Under the pieces are notes generated by a model. It did not search any database, was not told the origin of the DNA, and saw only the letters and a program-made list of their open reading frames with translations. From Nitrospirota bacterium (lineage in GTDB: Bacteria > Nitrospirota > Thermodesulfovibrionia > Thermodesulfovibrionales > SM23-35): a stretch of 64,000 bases of DNA. The position numbers and the translations under genes were made by a program. The stretch is taken from the NCBI GenBank assembly GCA_040753615.1, contig JBFMDO010000031.1, positions 2,221 to 66,220 on the forward strand. Direction: 5' to 3'. This document shows, in pieces, positions 45,863-56,000 of the stretch. The first letter of the stretch is position 1; every line of letters begins with the position of its first letter.

Positions 45863-48769
45863 ATGACAGACAAAAAGACAGATATTCATCTTGCCGGAGG
45901 AAATCCCTATAAAAAGGAGATTATATACAGATCACCTGTCAGACTCCTGTTCGTATTAGTTTCTTCTGTATTCATTGTAGAGGCATTTATAATGTTTCTT
46001 TTAGCCGCTTTCCCTGCAATTTCCACATCAATGCGCGCTTTTATTGACGCTACCATGCTAATTATTCTGCTTTTTCCTGCGATTTACTTTTTCGCATTTA
46101 GGCCTTTGCTGCTTCATATATCTGAACGTAAAAAGGCTGAAGATGCCCTTGAACATCTCAGCCGACGGAACAAGATGATTCTTGAGTCAGCAGGTGAAGG
46201 GATTTTTGGACTTGATGCAGATGGAAAGGTTACTTTTGTCAATCCTGCTGCAGCAAGGATGCTCGGGTATGATGTGGAGGAACTTATTGGGGAGGGTCAT
46301 CATGCAAAAGTGCATTATTCACATTCTGATGGTAAACCTTACCCCAAGGAGGAATGCCCGATATATGAAGCGTATAAAGATGGAGCAGTGCATTATGGTA
46401 GGGAGGTATTCTGGAAAAGAGATGGGACACCATTACCGATTGAATATGTGAGCACACCAATTCGAGAAAATGGCGAGCTAAAAGGAACGGTTGTTGTATT
46501 TAATAACATTACGGAAAAGAAGAAAGCAGAAGAAGCATTAAGGAGGTCTGAAGAGGAAAAGAGGATTATTCTTGATACCATGTCAGAGCTGATGAGCTAT
46601 CGTGATAAGGATATGAGAATAATATGGGCAAACAGGGCTTTTATCGAACATGTAGGCTTAACACAAAATGAGATAAAAAGCAAATATTGTTATGAGGTAA
46701 TACATAAACGTTCTACCCCCTGTCCTGACTGTCCTATCCATATGAAAATCCTTGAAAGCGGCAGGTCACAGGAAGCAGAGATTGCTCTGCCTGATGGAAG
46801 GATTTTGTTAGTAAGGGGATATCCTGTTAGAGACAAAGGAAACATTATAGGAATAGTAGAGATTAGCACGGATATTACAAAGCGCAAACGAATAGAAGAG
46901 GAAGTTCGTATCATGAAACAGCAGATGGAATTCATACTGGGAGCTACAAAAACAGGTCTTGATATTATTGATTCATCCCTTAATATTGTATATATAGATC
47001 CAGAGTGGCAGAAGGTATATGGTGGTCCAGCAGGTAAAAAATGTTATGAATACTTTATGGGAAGGAGTGAAGTGTGCCCCGGCTGTGGGGTTCTAAAGGC
47101 ACTGGAGACAAAGAGCATTATTGTTAGTGAGGAAGTTCTCGTAAAAGAAGGAAATAGACCAATACAGGTTACAACAATTCCATTTCAGAATGAAAAGGGT
47201 GAATGGTTGGTTGCTGAAGTAAATGTTGACATAACAGACCGCAAGAAGTGGGAAAAGGCATTAAGGGAAAGTGAAGAAAAGCTTAATGCCATGTTAAGGG
47301 CTATTGGTGACCCTATTATCATGATGAATAGGGATTTAGATATCATCTGGGCAAATGACATTGCCATGAAAGTTTTTGGTGAAGACTTTGTTGGCAAAAA
47401 ATGTAATGAGTTATTTGTTCGAGAGCAATACAAAACACATCCCTGTCTTACATTTGAGACGTTTCAGGATGGAAAAGTTCATGAGGAAGAGATCAAGATG
47501 ACGGATAAAGATGGAAGAGAAAAATATTTTCATTGTACTGCAAATGTAGCTTTAAAAGATAAAAAAGGAAACCCTACAACAGTAATCGAGATATTCAGGG
47601 ATATTACAGAAGGCAAAAGGCTTGAAGATCAGCTTCTTCAGGCACAGAAGATGGAGGCTATAGGCCAGCTTGCAGGAGGAGTTGCGCATGATTTTAACAA
47701 TATCCTGACAGCAATAATTGGCTTCGGAAACCTGATGCAGATGGAGATGAAAAAAGATAACCCTTCAAGGATTTATGTGACACAAATACTGAATTCTGCA
47801 CAGAGGGCTGCTAACCTGACACAGGCTCTCCTCGCATTCAGCAGAAAACAGATTATCAATCCAAAGCCTGTGAACCTGAACGATATTATAAAAATCCTGG
47901 AAAAACTTCTATCGAGAGTTATTGGCGAAGATATAGAGCTTTCTATAAATCTTACAGATACGGACTTAATCACCATGGCAGACAGCACCCAGATGGAACA
48001 GGTATTGATAAATCTTGCCACAAATGCGAGGGATGCAATGCCTGACGGAGGCAGGTTAATTATCAGCACAGAACTCGTAGAGATTGATCCCGAATTTATA
48101 AAGACACACGCTTATGGCAGGACAGGGCGGTATGCCCTTATCTCGATTGAGGACACAGGCATAGGCATGGATGAGAAGACAAGGGAAAGGATATTTGAAC
48201 CATTTTTCACAACAAAGGAGGTAGGTAAAGGTACAGGCCTCGGACTTGCAATGGTATACGGAATAGTCAAACAGCATCGCGGGTATATTAATGTATACAG
48301 TGAGCCCGGTAAAGGCACTACATTTAAGATATACATACCATTGATCAAGACACTTATTGAAGAGGAAAAGCCACAGGAGCTTTTCCTGATAACCGGAGGC
48401 ACAGAGACAATACTTGTGGCAGAAGATGATGCTCAGGTTAGAGAATTAACAAAAAATCTGCTGGGGGGGTTTGGATATAATGTTCTTGAGGCAGTTGACG
48501 GAGAAGACACACTAAGAGTGTTTAATGAAAATAAGGACAAAGTAGACCTGCTTATCCTTGATGTGGTAATGCCGAAGATGAACGGCAAAGAAGTTTATGA
48601 TGAAATTAGGAAGATAAGACCTGATATTCAGGCTATTTTTATGAGTGGATATAGTGCAGATATTATCCATAAAAAGGGGATATTAGATGAGGGACTGGAA
48701 TTTATCTTGAAACCTATAACACCACATGTGTTTTTGAGAAAAATAAGGGAAACCTTGAATAAAAGATAA
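45863..48769 (+). CDS. Multi-PAS sensor hybrid histidine kinase with a C-terminal receiver
   Basis: 968 aa. Two N-terminal TM segments, four or five PAS/PAC units, H-box GVAHDFNNILTAI, N/G boxes (NLATNARDAM, GTGLGLAMV), and a receiver (ILVAEDD...LLILDVVMPKMNG). Confidence 0.9.
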   Translation: MTDKKTDIHLAGGNPYKKEIIYRSPVRLLFVLVSSVFIVEAFIMFLLAAFPAISTSMRAFIDATMLIILLFPAIYFFAFRPLLLHISERKKAEDALEHLSRRNKMILESAGEGIFGLDADGKVTFVNPAAARMLGYDVEELIGEGHHAKVHYSHSDGKPYPKEECPIYEAYKDGAVHYGREVFWKRDGTPLPIEYVSTPIRENGELKGTVVVFNNITEKKKAEEALRRSEEEKRIILDTMSELMSYRDKDMRIIWANRAFIEHVGLTQNEIKSKYCYEVIHKRSTPCPDCPIHMKILESGRSQEAEIALPDGRILLVRGYPVRDKGNIIGIVEISTDITKRKRIEEEVRIMKQQMEFILGATKTGLDIIDSSLNIVYIDPEWQKVYGGPAGKKCYEYFMGRSEVCPGCGVLKALETKSIIVSEEVLVKEGNRPIQVTTIPFQNEKGEWLVAEVNVDITDRKKWEKALRESEEKLNAMLRAIGDPIIMMNRDLDIIWANDIAMKVFGEDFVGKKCNELFVREQYKTHPCLTFETFQDGKVHEEEIKMTDKDGREKYFHCTANVALKDKKGNPTTVIEIFRDITEGKRLEDQLLQAQKMEAIGQLAGGVAHDFNNILTAIIGFGNLMQMEMKKDNPSRIYVTQILNSAQRAANLTQALLAFSRKQIINPKPVNLNDIIKILEKLLSRVIGEDIELSINLTDTDLITMADSTQMEQVLINLATNARDAMPDGGRLIISTELVEIDPEFIKTHAYGRTGRYALISIEDTGIGMDEKTRERIFEPFFTTKEVGKGTGLGLAMVYGIVKQHRGYINVYSEPGKGTTFKIYIPLIKTLIEEEKPQELFLITGGTETILVAEDDAQVRELTKNLLGGFGYNVLEAVDGEDTLRVFNENKDKVDLLILDVVMPKMNGKEVYDEIRKIRPDIQAIFMSGYSADIIHKKGILDEGLEFILKPITPHVFLRKIRETLNKR

Positions 48770-48790
48770 ATGACCCAAATAAAATGGACT

Positions 48791-48888
48791 TGGCGGGAGC
48801 GTGTGGGAATCGAACCCACCCTGCCCGTTTGTAACAGGCAACACTGGATTTGAAGTCCAGGAGGGACACCAGAACCCTATACACTCCC
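48791..48888 (-). tRNA. selC: tRNA-Sec (anticodon UCA), CCA encoded
   Basis: Reverse complement is GGGAGTGTATAGGGTTCTGGTGTCCCTCCTGGACTTCAAATCCAGTGTTGCCTGTTACAAACGGGCAGGGTGGGTTCGATTCCCACACGCTCCCGCCA. It has an 8-bp acceptor stem (GGGAGTGT/ACGCTCCC with one G-U pair), a 5-bp T stem (GTGGG/CCCAC, loop TTCGATT), and an anticodon arm CTGGA-CTTCAAA-TCCAG. There is also a long 7-bp variable arm. The 8/5 geometry is the bacterial tRNA-Sec hallmark. Confidence 0.9.
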
Positions 48889-48934
48889 TGTCTGATACAA
48901 TTTTTAGGATAACATAGAAAGGGTTTTAAGTTAA

Positions 48935-49276
48935 ATGAAGGTTGAGCAATACTCTTTTGGCAGGATCACTATTGATGGCAAAACCTATATTTCTGATGTA
49001 ATTATATATCCGGAAAGGGTTGACTCTTCATGGTGGAGAAAGGAAGGGCATCGTCTTCAAGTTATTGACCTCACTGATGTCATCAAAGCAAAGCCTGAAG
49101 TATTAATAATCGGTACCGGATATTCAGGCGCTATGGCTGTCCCGAAAGAAACAATTTCACATCTCGAATCAAAAGGCATTGAGGTTCGTATAGAAAGGAC
49201 GGGAACCGCAGTTGAACTATTTAATAAGCTTCAGAAGAATAAAAAAGTAATCGCAGCATTACACCTGACATGCTAA
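48935..49276 (+). CDS. Mth938-like domain protein (DUF498 / NDUFAF3-like)
   Basis: 113 aa. YSFGRITIDGKTYISDVIIYPERV...EVLIIGTGYSGAMAVPKE matches the Mth938 family pattern. Confidence 0.65.
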   Translation: MKVEQYSFGRITIDGKTYISDVIIYPERVDSSWWRKEGHRLQVIDLTDVIKAKPEVLIIGTGYSGAMAVPKETISHLESKGIEVRIERTGTAVELFNKLQKNKKVIAALHLTC

Positions 49277-49336
49277 CCCTCTCTTTATTTTCTTTGATAT
49301 AGCATCTGCCCTTATTATTTAAATGCATTTTTCGGG

Positions 49337-50929
49337 TTAAAACAATCCTGCTTGGTTATCCTTTTTAAATCTTTTTGTTTTATCAGGAATGAATCTATAT
49401 TCTGTGAATTCTTCAGGAATCTCCTTTATGAAAGGAGAGGGCGGTTGAATGAACCTCTGTCCGTATATAAACCTTTTTCTCGCATGTATGAGGAAAAGTT
49501 CATCCTTTGCCCTTGTCATGCCAACATAAAATAACCTTCTTTCTTCCTCTATATCAGTACTGTCTTTTTTCATTGTATAAGGGATTAATCCATCCTCAAC
49601 GCCTGCAATAAATACAACCCTAAATTCAAGCCCTTTTGCCATATGCAAAGTCATTAATGTAACAGCATCAGCCCTCGAGTCAAAAAAATCAGCAGGGGTC
49701 AGGAGACTGGCTTCATCTAAAACAGACGGGCTATAATAATTGGTACTGCCATTAGAGTTAATAACAGCCTTAAGATATGAAATCGTATCTTCTATTTCTT
49801 TCCTTTGCAGATTACCACTCTTGCCTATAATCTGATATGGAATCCCCGATGTACTAAAAGCATCCTCTATAGCCTTTGCCTGCGCATTAGTCCTGAAGAT
49901 TATTGCAAAATCAGAAAAACTATAAGAACATCCTTTCGGATTTTTTGAAATACCCGGTTGCATTAATTGATAATGGCTTGTGCCACCTATCCGTTTCTCT
50001 ATTTCCTTTACTATTATCTCACCTTCTGTCTTTTCATTAGGTACGGAGATGATATTGATAGGCTGCCCTTTTTCTCCTTGTGGTTTGAGTTCTTTATCAA
50101 TTCTTTTCAGGTTATTTTTTATCACAGCATTTGAGGCATTAAGTATCACGCCTGTTGACCTGTAATTTTCTGTAAGGGTAATCCTTTTTGAATCCTCAAA
50201 GTCTTTTTCAAAATTCAGAAAGTTTTTTACATCAGCGCCTCGAAAGGCATATATTGCCTGATCAGAATCTCCTATAACACAGAGGGTTGATTTATTATGA
50301 GCAAGAAGCCTCAGCAATTTATACTGTGCCGGATTTATATCTTGATATTCATCCACCATAATATAGTTGAAGCTATCCATGTATTTTCCCGCTACATCGC
50401 TGCTTAGTATTTCTATAGGCTTGAGTATAAGGTCATCAAAATCCAGAGCAGAGTTTTTCATTAATTCTGATTGATATTTTTCATAAACCTCTTTTATTTC
50501 GTCATCCATGTCTCCAAGAAAATTCTTTATCCTCGAAATCCTATCTGCTGCCTGTTGTGCTTTTGTAATAGAACCCTGCATTAATGGCTTGAGCAGATTT
50601 ACCTGTTTGTCCCTGTTGTAAATAACGAAGTTACCTGTGAGCATATCTTTCAAAATCCTCAGTCCGAGGAGGTGAAATGTGCCGATAAAAACTCCGACTG
50701 AATTTCTTCCTAAAAGGGTCCCAGCCCTTTCCTTTATCTCCTTAGCTGCCCTATTGGTAAAGGTTATAGCAAAGATATTTTCAGGCTTTACACCTTGATT
50801 AATGAGATACGCAAGCCTATGGATAATAGTTAAAGTCTTTCCTGTTCCTGGCCCTGCAATGATTAACATAGGGCCTTCCGTGGTCATTACTGCCTGTTTC
50901 TGTGAGTCATTTATGCCTTTAAGAAACAT
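49337..50929 (-). CDS. UvrD/PcrA-like superfamily 1 DNA helicase (short, 530 aa)
   Basis: Motif I AGPGTGKT, Ia AITFTNRAAKEI, II VDEYQDINP, III GDSDQAIYAFRGA, and C-terminal LMTLHMAKGLEF...LFYVGMTRAK. Its start codon directly abuts the stop of the upstream EndoQ-like gene. Confidence 0.85.
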   Translation of the reverse strand: MFLKGINDSQKQAVMTTEGPMLIIAGPGTGKTLTIIHRLAYLINQGVKPENIFAITFTNRAAKEIKERAGTLLGRNSVGVFIGTFHLLGLRILKDMLTGNFVIYNRDKQVNLLKPLMQGSITKAQQAADRISRIKNFLGDMDDEIKEVYEKYQSELMKNSALDFDDLILKPIEILSSDVAGKYMDSFNYIMVDEYQDINPAQYKLLRLLAHNKSTLCVIGDSDQAIYAFRGADVKNFLNFEKDFEDSKRITLTENYRSTGVILNASNAVIKNNLKRIDKELKPQGEKGQPINIISVPNEKTEGEIIVKEIEKRIGGTSHYQLMQPGISKNPKGCSYSFSDFAIIFRTNAQAKAIEDAFSTSGIPYQIIGKSGNLQRKEIEDTISYLKAVINSNGSTNYYSPSVLDEASLLTPADFFDSRADAVTLMTLHMAKGLEFRVVFIAGVEDGLIPYTMKKDSTDIEEERRLFYVGMTRAKDELFLIHARKRFIYGQRFIQPPSPFIKEIPEEFTEYRFIPDKTKRFKKDNQAGLF

Positions 50930-52201
50930 TCAAAATAACATTGCCTGTCCTTTGATCTCTTTCCTCTCAATAGGTTCAAAAATTTTTATCTTGCCATACT
51001 CGCCATCAAACCCAGGAGAAATATGGATATCTCCAGTACGCATTCGTGAAATGGCTTCCTGAAGGAGAGGCGAGCCTGCTTTCCTTATATCTTCCAGTGG
51101 CACATCTATAAGGATTTTGAATTCATTGCCGAGTTTCTGAAGCAATTTTTGGTACTCATTCTCGACCGCCTTGCTGTTAACCCCGATCTTGATGGTCTCG
51201 GCGATGATTTCGGGTAAAGGAATTATAGAATAATATAATGGTGACTCCTGAGGTTTAAAGCCATTTTCCCTATCTGATAGTTTTTCAACCCTGTGCATTA
51301 CACCTACTGTCAATTTCCTGTTACACACAGGGCAGAGATAGTTATGCCTCATTGTTTCTTCTGGAGAAAAACTGACGCCACAAAATCTATGTCCATCATA
51401 ATGGTACTTGCCTTCTTCAGGGAAGAATTCTATTGTTCCGATAAATCCCTTTTTTGTTTTGATGGCTTCTATTATAGATTTATAAGAAAGTCCTGTATCG
51501 AATATGTTTGCCTCACGCCCTATCTTCGAAGGCGAATGTGCATCTGAATTGGATATAAGGGTTATCCTGTCGAGAGTTGAAAGCCTCCAGTTCATGGGTG
51601 GGTCAGAGGAGAGACCTGTTTCAATAGCATGGATATATGGGGTTAATTCTTCAAAACATTCCTCAAGGGAGTCAAATCCGGATTCAGCGCCAAAAACAGA
51701 GAAATGTGGTGTCCATGCATGGGCAGGGACAAGCATGGAGTTGCCGGATATATCCGATACGATTTTTAGGAGTTCCTTTGCATCCAGTCCCAGTATGGGC
51801 CTTCCATCAGCCTTGAGATTTCCTATCTTTGAGAGGGCTATATTTAGCTTTGCAGCATCAGCAAATGACGGGACAAATATTATAGAATGTATTTTCCGGG
51901 TTTTTCCTTTTTTGTTATAAATGCAGCTTATTTCTGCGGAAAGAAGAAAAAAAACGTCTGCTTTACATGAATCAGGAATATCATCTGATCGAAATTCCTT
52001 TTTAAGTCTGAACAGATCATTGCCTGCTGGCTCAAGTTTTTCATTTAATTCTTTAAACCATGACGGATGGGTAAAATCTCCTGTGCCTATTACTGTAATG
52101 CCTTTTAGTTGTGCCCATCTCCAGATATTTTCCGGAGACATGTCTTTACTGGTCGCCCTCGAATATTTTGAATGTATATGAAGGTCAGCAACAAAACGCA
52201 T
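50930..52201 (-). CDS. Endonuclease Q-like PHP-domain nuclease (TIGR00375 family)
   Basis: 423 aa. DLHIHSKYSRATS, GTGDFTHP, PAHAWTP, SNSDAHSPSKIGREAN, GKYHYDGH, Zn-finger CPVCNRKLTVGVMHR, PLPEIIA and GFDGEYGKIKI all parallel the archaeal EndoQ sequence as I remember it. Confidence 0.75.
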   Translation of the reverse strand: MRFVADLHIHSKYSRATSKDMSPENIWRWAQLKGITVIGTGDFTHPSWFKELNEKLEPAGNDLFRLKKEFRSDDIPDSCKADVFFLLSAEISCIYNKKGKTRKIHSIIFVPSFADAAKLNIALSKIGNLKADGRPILGLDAKELLKIVSDISGNSMLVPAHAWTPHFSVFGAESGFDSLEECFEELTPYIHAIETGLSSDPPMNWRLSTLDRITLISNSDAHSPSKIGREANIFDTGLSYKSIIEAIKTKKGFIGTIEFFPEEGKYHYDGHRFCGVSFSPEETMRHNYLCPVCNRKLTVGVMHRVEKLSDRENGFKPQESPLYYSIIPLPEIIAETIKIGVNSKAVENEYQKLLQKLGNEFKILIDVPLEDIRKAGSPLLQEAISRMRTGDIHISPGFDGEYGKIKIFEPIERKEIKGQAMLF

Positions 52202-52248
52202 GTTGCATTATAACACGAAGATTCCCCTAATGTTGTAAAACTTGTCCT

Positions 52249-52563
52249 TTAACCTGTTGCCTCTTTTAACCACCTCAGATAATCTTCTGACCCCTCGGCT
52301 ATGGGCAGTGCAATTATCTCCGGCACTGTATAGCTGTGTAATTCTTTAACTTTTCTCATAAGTTTATCAAATAGTGATTTTTGACTCTTTGCGATCATAA
52401 GAAACTCCTGTTCATCCTCTATTTTCCCCTGCCAGCTATATATAGAACGGATGTTTTTTATTATATTTACACACCCTGCGAGCCTTGCTTCCACAAGCGC
52501 CCTTGCTATTTTTACTGCCTCATCTTCACTCGAGGCAGTTATAAAGACAACTATTCCATTCAT
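52249..52563 (-). CDS. cutA: Divalent-cation tolerance protein CutA
   Basis: 104 aa. LAGCVNII..IRSIYSWQGKIEDEQEFLMIAKS is the CutA1 signature. Confidence 0.85.
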   Translation of the reverse strand: MNGIVVFITASSEDEAVKIARALVEARLAGCVNIIKNIRSIYSWQGKIEDEQEFLMIAKSQKSLFDKLMRKVKELHSYTVPEIIALPIAEGSEDYLRWLKEATG

Positions 52564-52592
52564 TACTTATTAACCTCCATCTTCACCTTAAC

Positions 52593-53087
52593 TTAACTCT
52601 TTTTTGCCAACTTTCTATAGTATTCGATGTCGAGCAGCCTTCTTTTGATATCAATACCTGCTGAATAACCCCCTAATGAGCCATCGGATTCAATAACCCG
52701 ATGGCATGGAAGGATAATGGGTATTGGGTTTCTACTCAGCGCACTGCCAACAGCCCTGCAGGCATTCGGGTGTTCGACTTTTTCCGCAAGCCACTTGTAT
52801 GTCCTCGTCTCTCCGTAAGGAATCTTTTTGAGAGCAAGCCAGACGCTTTTATCAAATTCTGTGCCTTTACTAAAGCCTATCTCCTGTGTGAATTTCTCTA
52901 TACCATGCTCAAAGTATTCTTCCATCTCCCTTATTATTAGAGAAGGTATTTTGGCCTTTCTATGCAGCTCAAGCGGCTTTTTGAAGGAAATACCTGTAAG
53001 AATCTTACCAGTAAATAATAGATACAGTGTACCCACAGGGCTTTCAAAAGTGCAATATACTGACTCAATGTTGGATAGCTTCTTCAT
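52593..53087 (-). CDS. ogt: Methylated-DNA--protein-cysteine methyltransferase
   Basis: 164 aa. Active site IILPCHRVI, and YGETRTYKWLA. Confidence 0.9.
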   Translation of the reverse strand: MKKLSNIESVYCTFESPVGTLYLLFTGKILTGISFKKPLELHRKAKIPSLIIREMEEYFEHGIEKFTQEIGFSKGTEFDKSVWLALKKIPYGETRTYKWLAEKVEHPNACRAVGSALSRNPIPIILPCHRVIESDGSLGGYSAGIDIKRRLLDIEYYRKLAKKS

Positions 53088-56000
53088 CCTGCTCTTTTGA
53101 GTAAACCTCGACTCTATCTCCGCCCTTTTTAACAGACAGGGCTAAAGCTTTTTCAGCACATAGTATAAATTCTTCAGGTGTCTGCCCGTCAAGGAAGACA
53201 AGCCCGATACTGGCTGTTATGCAGCCTTTAGGCTGTGTTTCCTCATGAAGAAAAGGATAATTTTTTATTATTGCATTAAACCTGTTACTCAGAGAAAGTC
53301 CTGATGAAAGAACTGTATTTGGAAGTATCAGGGCAAAAGCGTCTCCTCCATAACGCACTAAGACATCAGAACCCCTTATATTTTTTCTTAAGAGTTCAGC
53401 AACCTTTTTAAGCACCATGTTGCCATGATATTCTCCATGATCGCTTAAATACTTACCAAAAAAATCTATATCCAGAAGAATAAGGTTCAACGGCAACTTG
53501 TATCTCGTTGCCCGTTCCACTTCCTGTGCAAGCCTAATATGAAAATATCTATGGCTGAACACACCCGTAAGCTCATCTATAAGTCCAGCTCTCTTTGGAT
53601 AAAGGATTTCAAGGTCTTTTATGTGTCCTATTAATTCTTTTGTATCAAAGGCATGTTTCTGGACAATTCTTTCTATTTTTCCCAAAAGTGCCATCCTGTC
53701 CTCAACAGATATGTCCTTTTCAGCAAGTATGAAAATAGGTATGTCTTTTGTAGAAGGCATTTCTTTTATGTTCTTTATCACATCAAATCCGATCATATCA
53801 GGCAGGTTAAAATCAAGAAGTATAACGTCTGGCATTAAAGCTGTCGTCAGCTCTATGCCCCTTTTGCCATCAGGCGCTGAGTATATAATAAAGCCCTGCG
53901 GCTCAAAAATTTCCTTAAAGTAATTTGTAACATCTTCTTCAGCTTCTATTATAAGAACCGTGTTTGGCAATACCCTTTTGCCCTTAGCAATAGCTATCTC
54001 TTCGAGTTTTGAGAGAAGGGCCTCTTTATCAAGAGGTTTAATGAGATAATCTGTTGCACCAAGTGCAAAGGCAAGGTCTCTATTGTCTACTATGGAATGT
54101 ATTATTACAGGGATACCTGCAGTTTTTGGATCACTCTTTAGATCTTGCAGCACCTCCCAACCATCCCTTTTAGGAAGCATAACATCCAATGTAATAGCAA
54201 AAGGATTCAGGTCTCTTGCCTTTTGTATCGCCTCTTCGCCATTAAATGCGTGGGAAACTTTATATCCTGCCTGTGTAAGATGCAGGGTAAGGAGCTCAAC
54301 AGTCGGCATGTCGTCTTCCACAATGAGGATAAGCGGTGCCTCTTCTTTCATCCACGGAAAAGCCAGACTTACTGCTTCTTCCGCTTCCGGCTCTACAGTT
54401 TTAGCAGGAGATGTAATAGGTATTAAAAATGTGAATATGCTTCCCTCGCCGAGTTTACTTTCGACTGTTATATTTCCTCCGTGTAGCTCAACAAGTTTCT
54501 TCGTGAGTGCAAGCCCAAGACCTGTGCCAGCATTTTTCTTTGATAAAGATGAATTTATCTGGACAAACTCATCAAATATCCTTTCTTTATCTTCGGGACC
54601 AATACCAACACCTGTATCCTGAACTGCAAATTTTATAAATTCAAGCCCTTGTATCGCCCCTGAATATCTTCCCCCTGAGCTTACCTCTTTAGCCACGGTT
54701 ATCTTAACCATACCACCTTCGAGTGTGAACTTTATTGCATTGGAAAGGAGATTATATAGTATCTGTTTAAGTTTTACTCTGTCAGCGGTAAGGGCGATTA
54801 TGCCTTCACCGATAGAAATTATAATCTCTATTGATTTTTTTTCAGCCAGAGGTTTCATTATATTTATAACCTCGGTTATTGCATCCTCAAGATGAAAGGT
54901 TTCATATACCATCTCATACTTTCCAGCCTCTATTTTTGCAAGATCCAGAATATTATTTATCAAGTCAAGCAGATGTTTTCCTGCTGAATGGATATTCCTT
55001 GCATATCTTTCCTGATTTTCAGTAAGTTCACCAAATGTTTTCTCAAGAAGGACATTAGAGAATCCGAGGATTGAGTTCAAAGGTGTTCTTAACTCGTGAC
55101 TCATGCTAGCGATAAATTTGCCTTTTATCTCATTTGCACGCTTAAACTCCCTGTTTGTCTTCTCAAGTTCCTCAGTTCTCTCTATCACCTTTTTTTCGAG
55201 GTTGACATTTAATTCCTCAAGTGCCTTTGTTTTGGTCTCAAGCTCGGTTTTAAAATTTCTGATTAATGCAGTTCGGTCCATAAATATACCCAAAAGAGAG
55301 GATAACAGGTTCAGAGATGCCTTTTGCCTTTCAGAAAATTGTCTCGGCTTGAAATCATCCGCATATAATATCCCTGCAACTGTATCTTTTACGATTATAG
55401 GTGCTGCCAGAAATGCCTTTATATTCTCGCTTATTAATAAAGAATTATTTCTCGTATAATCTGATTTTAGGGTATCATTAACTGAAAAAATTTCTTTGCT
55501 GTTTATAATCGCCTCTGTAAGCCCTCCTGGCATTACACTCCATACATTATTTTCAATAAATTTTTTACTTAAGCCCTTGGAGACAATTAGTCTCATCTCT
55601 TTGTTTTCATAAACAGCAATGCTGCCTGCAGGTGTATTGGTCAGTTCAAGGGAGCTATCGAGTATTAACATAAAAAAATCATCGACATATTCTGAAAAAG
55701 GGAGTTTTGAGGCTAAGGCATGGATTGTCTTGTAGTTTTCTATTGCTTTAAACGCCTCTATTCTTGCCCTTTTTTGTTTTTCTATAATCTCCCATATGAA
55801 TCGTACCCCAACCCCTTCTACAATCTCTACCTTATTTCCAATCGCTGCCCTTATTTCATTGGCAAGATCAGGGTCTCCAGTCACATTGATAATCATTTCA
55901 GGGTTGGCATTAAGAAACGTTTTTATATTCTCGAAAACAGGGATATTCCATTTTTTTGCGAGTATAGCACCGGGTGAGTCCTGTTTTCTTTCATAGATTC

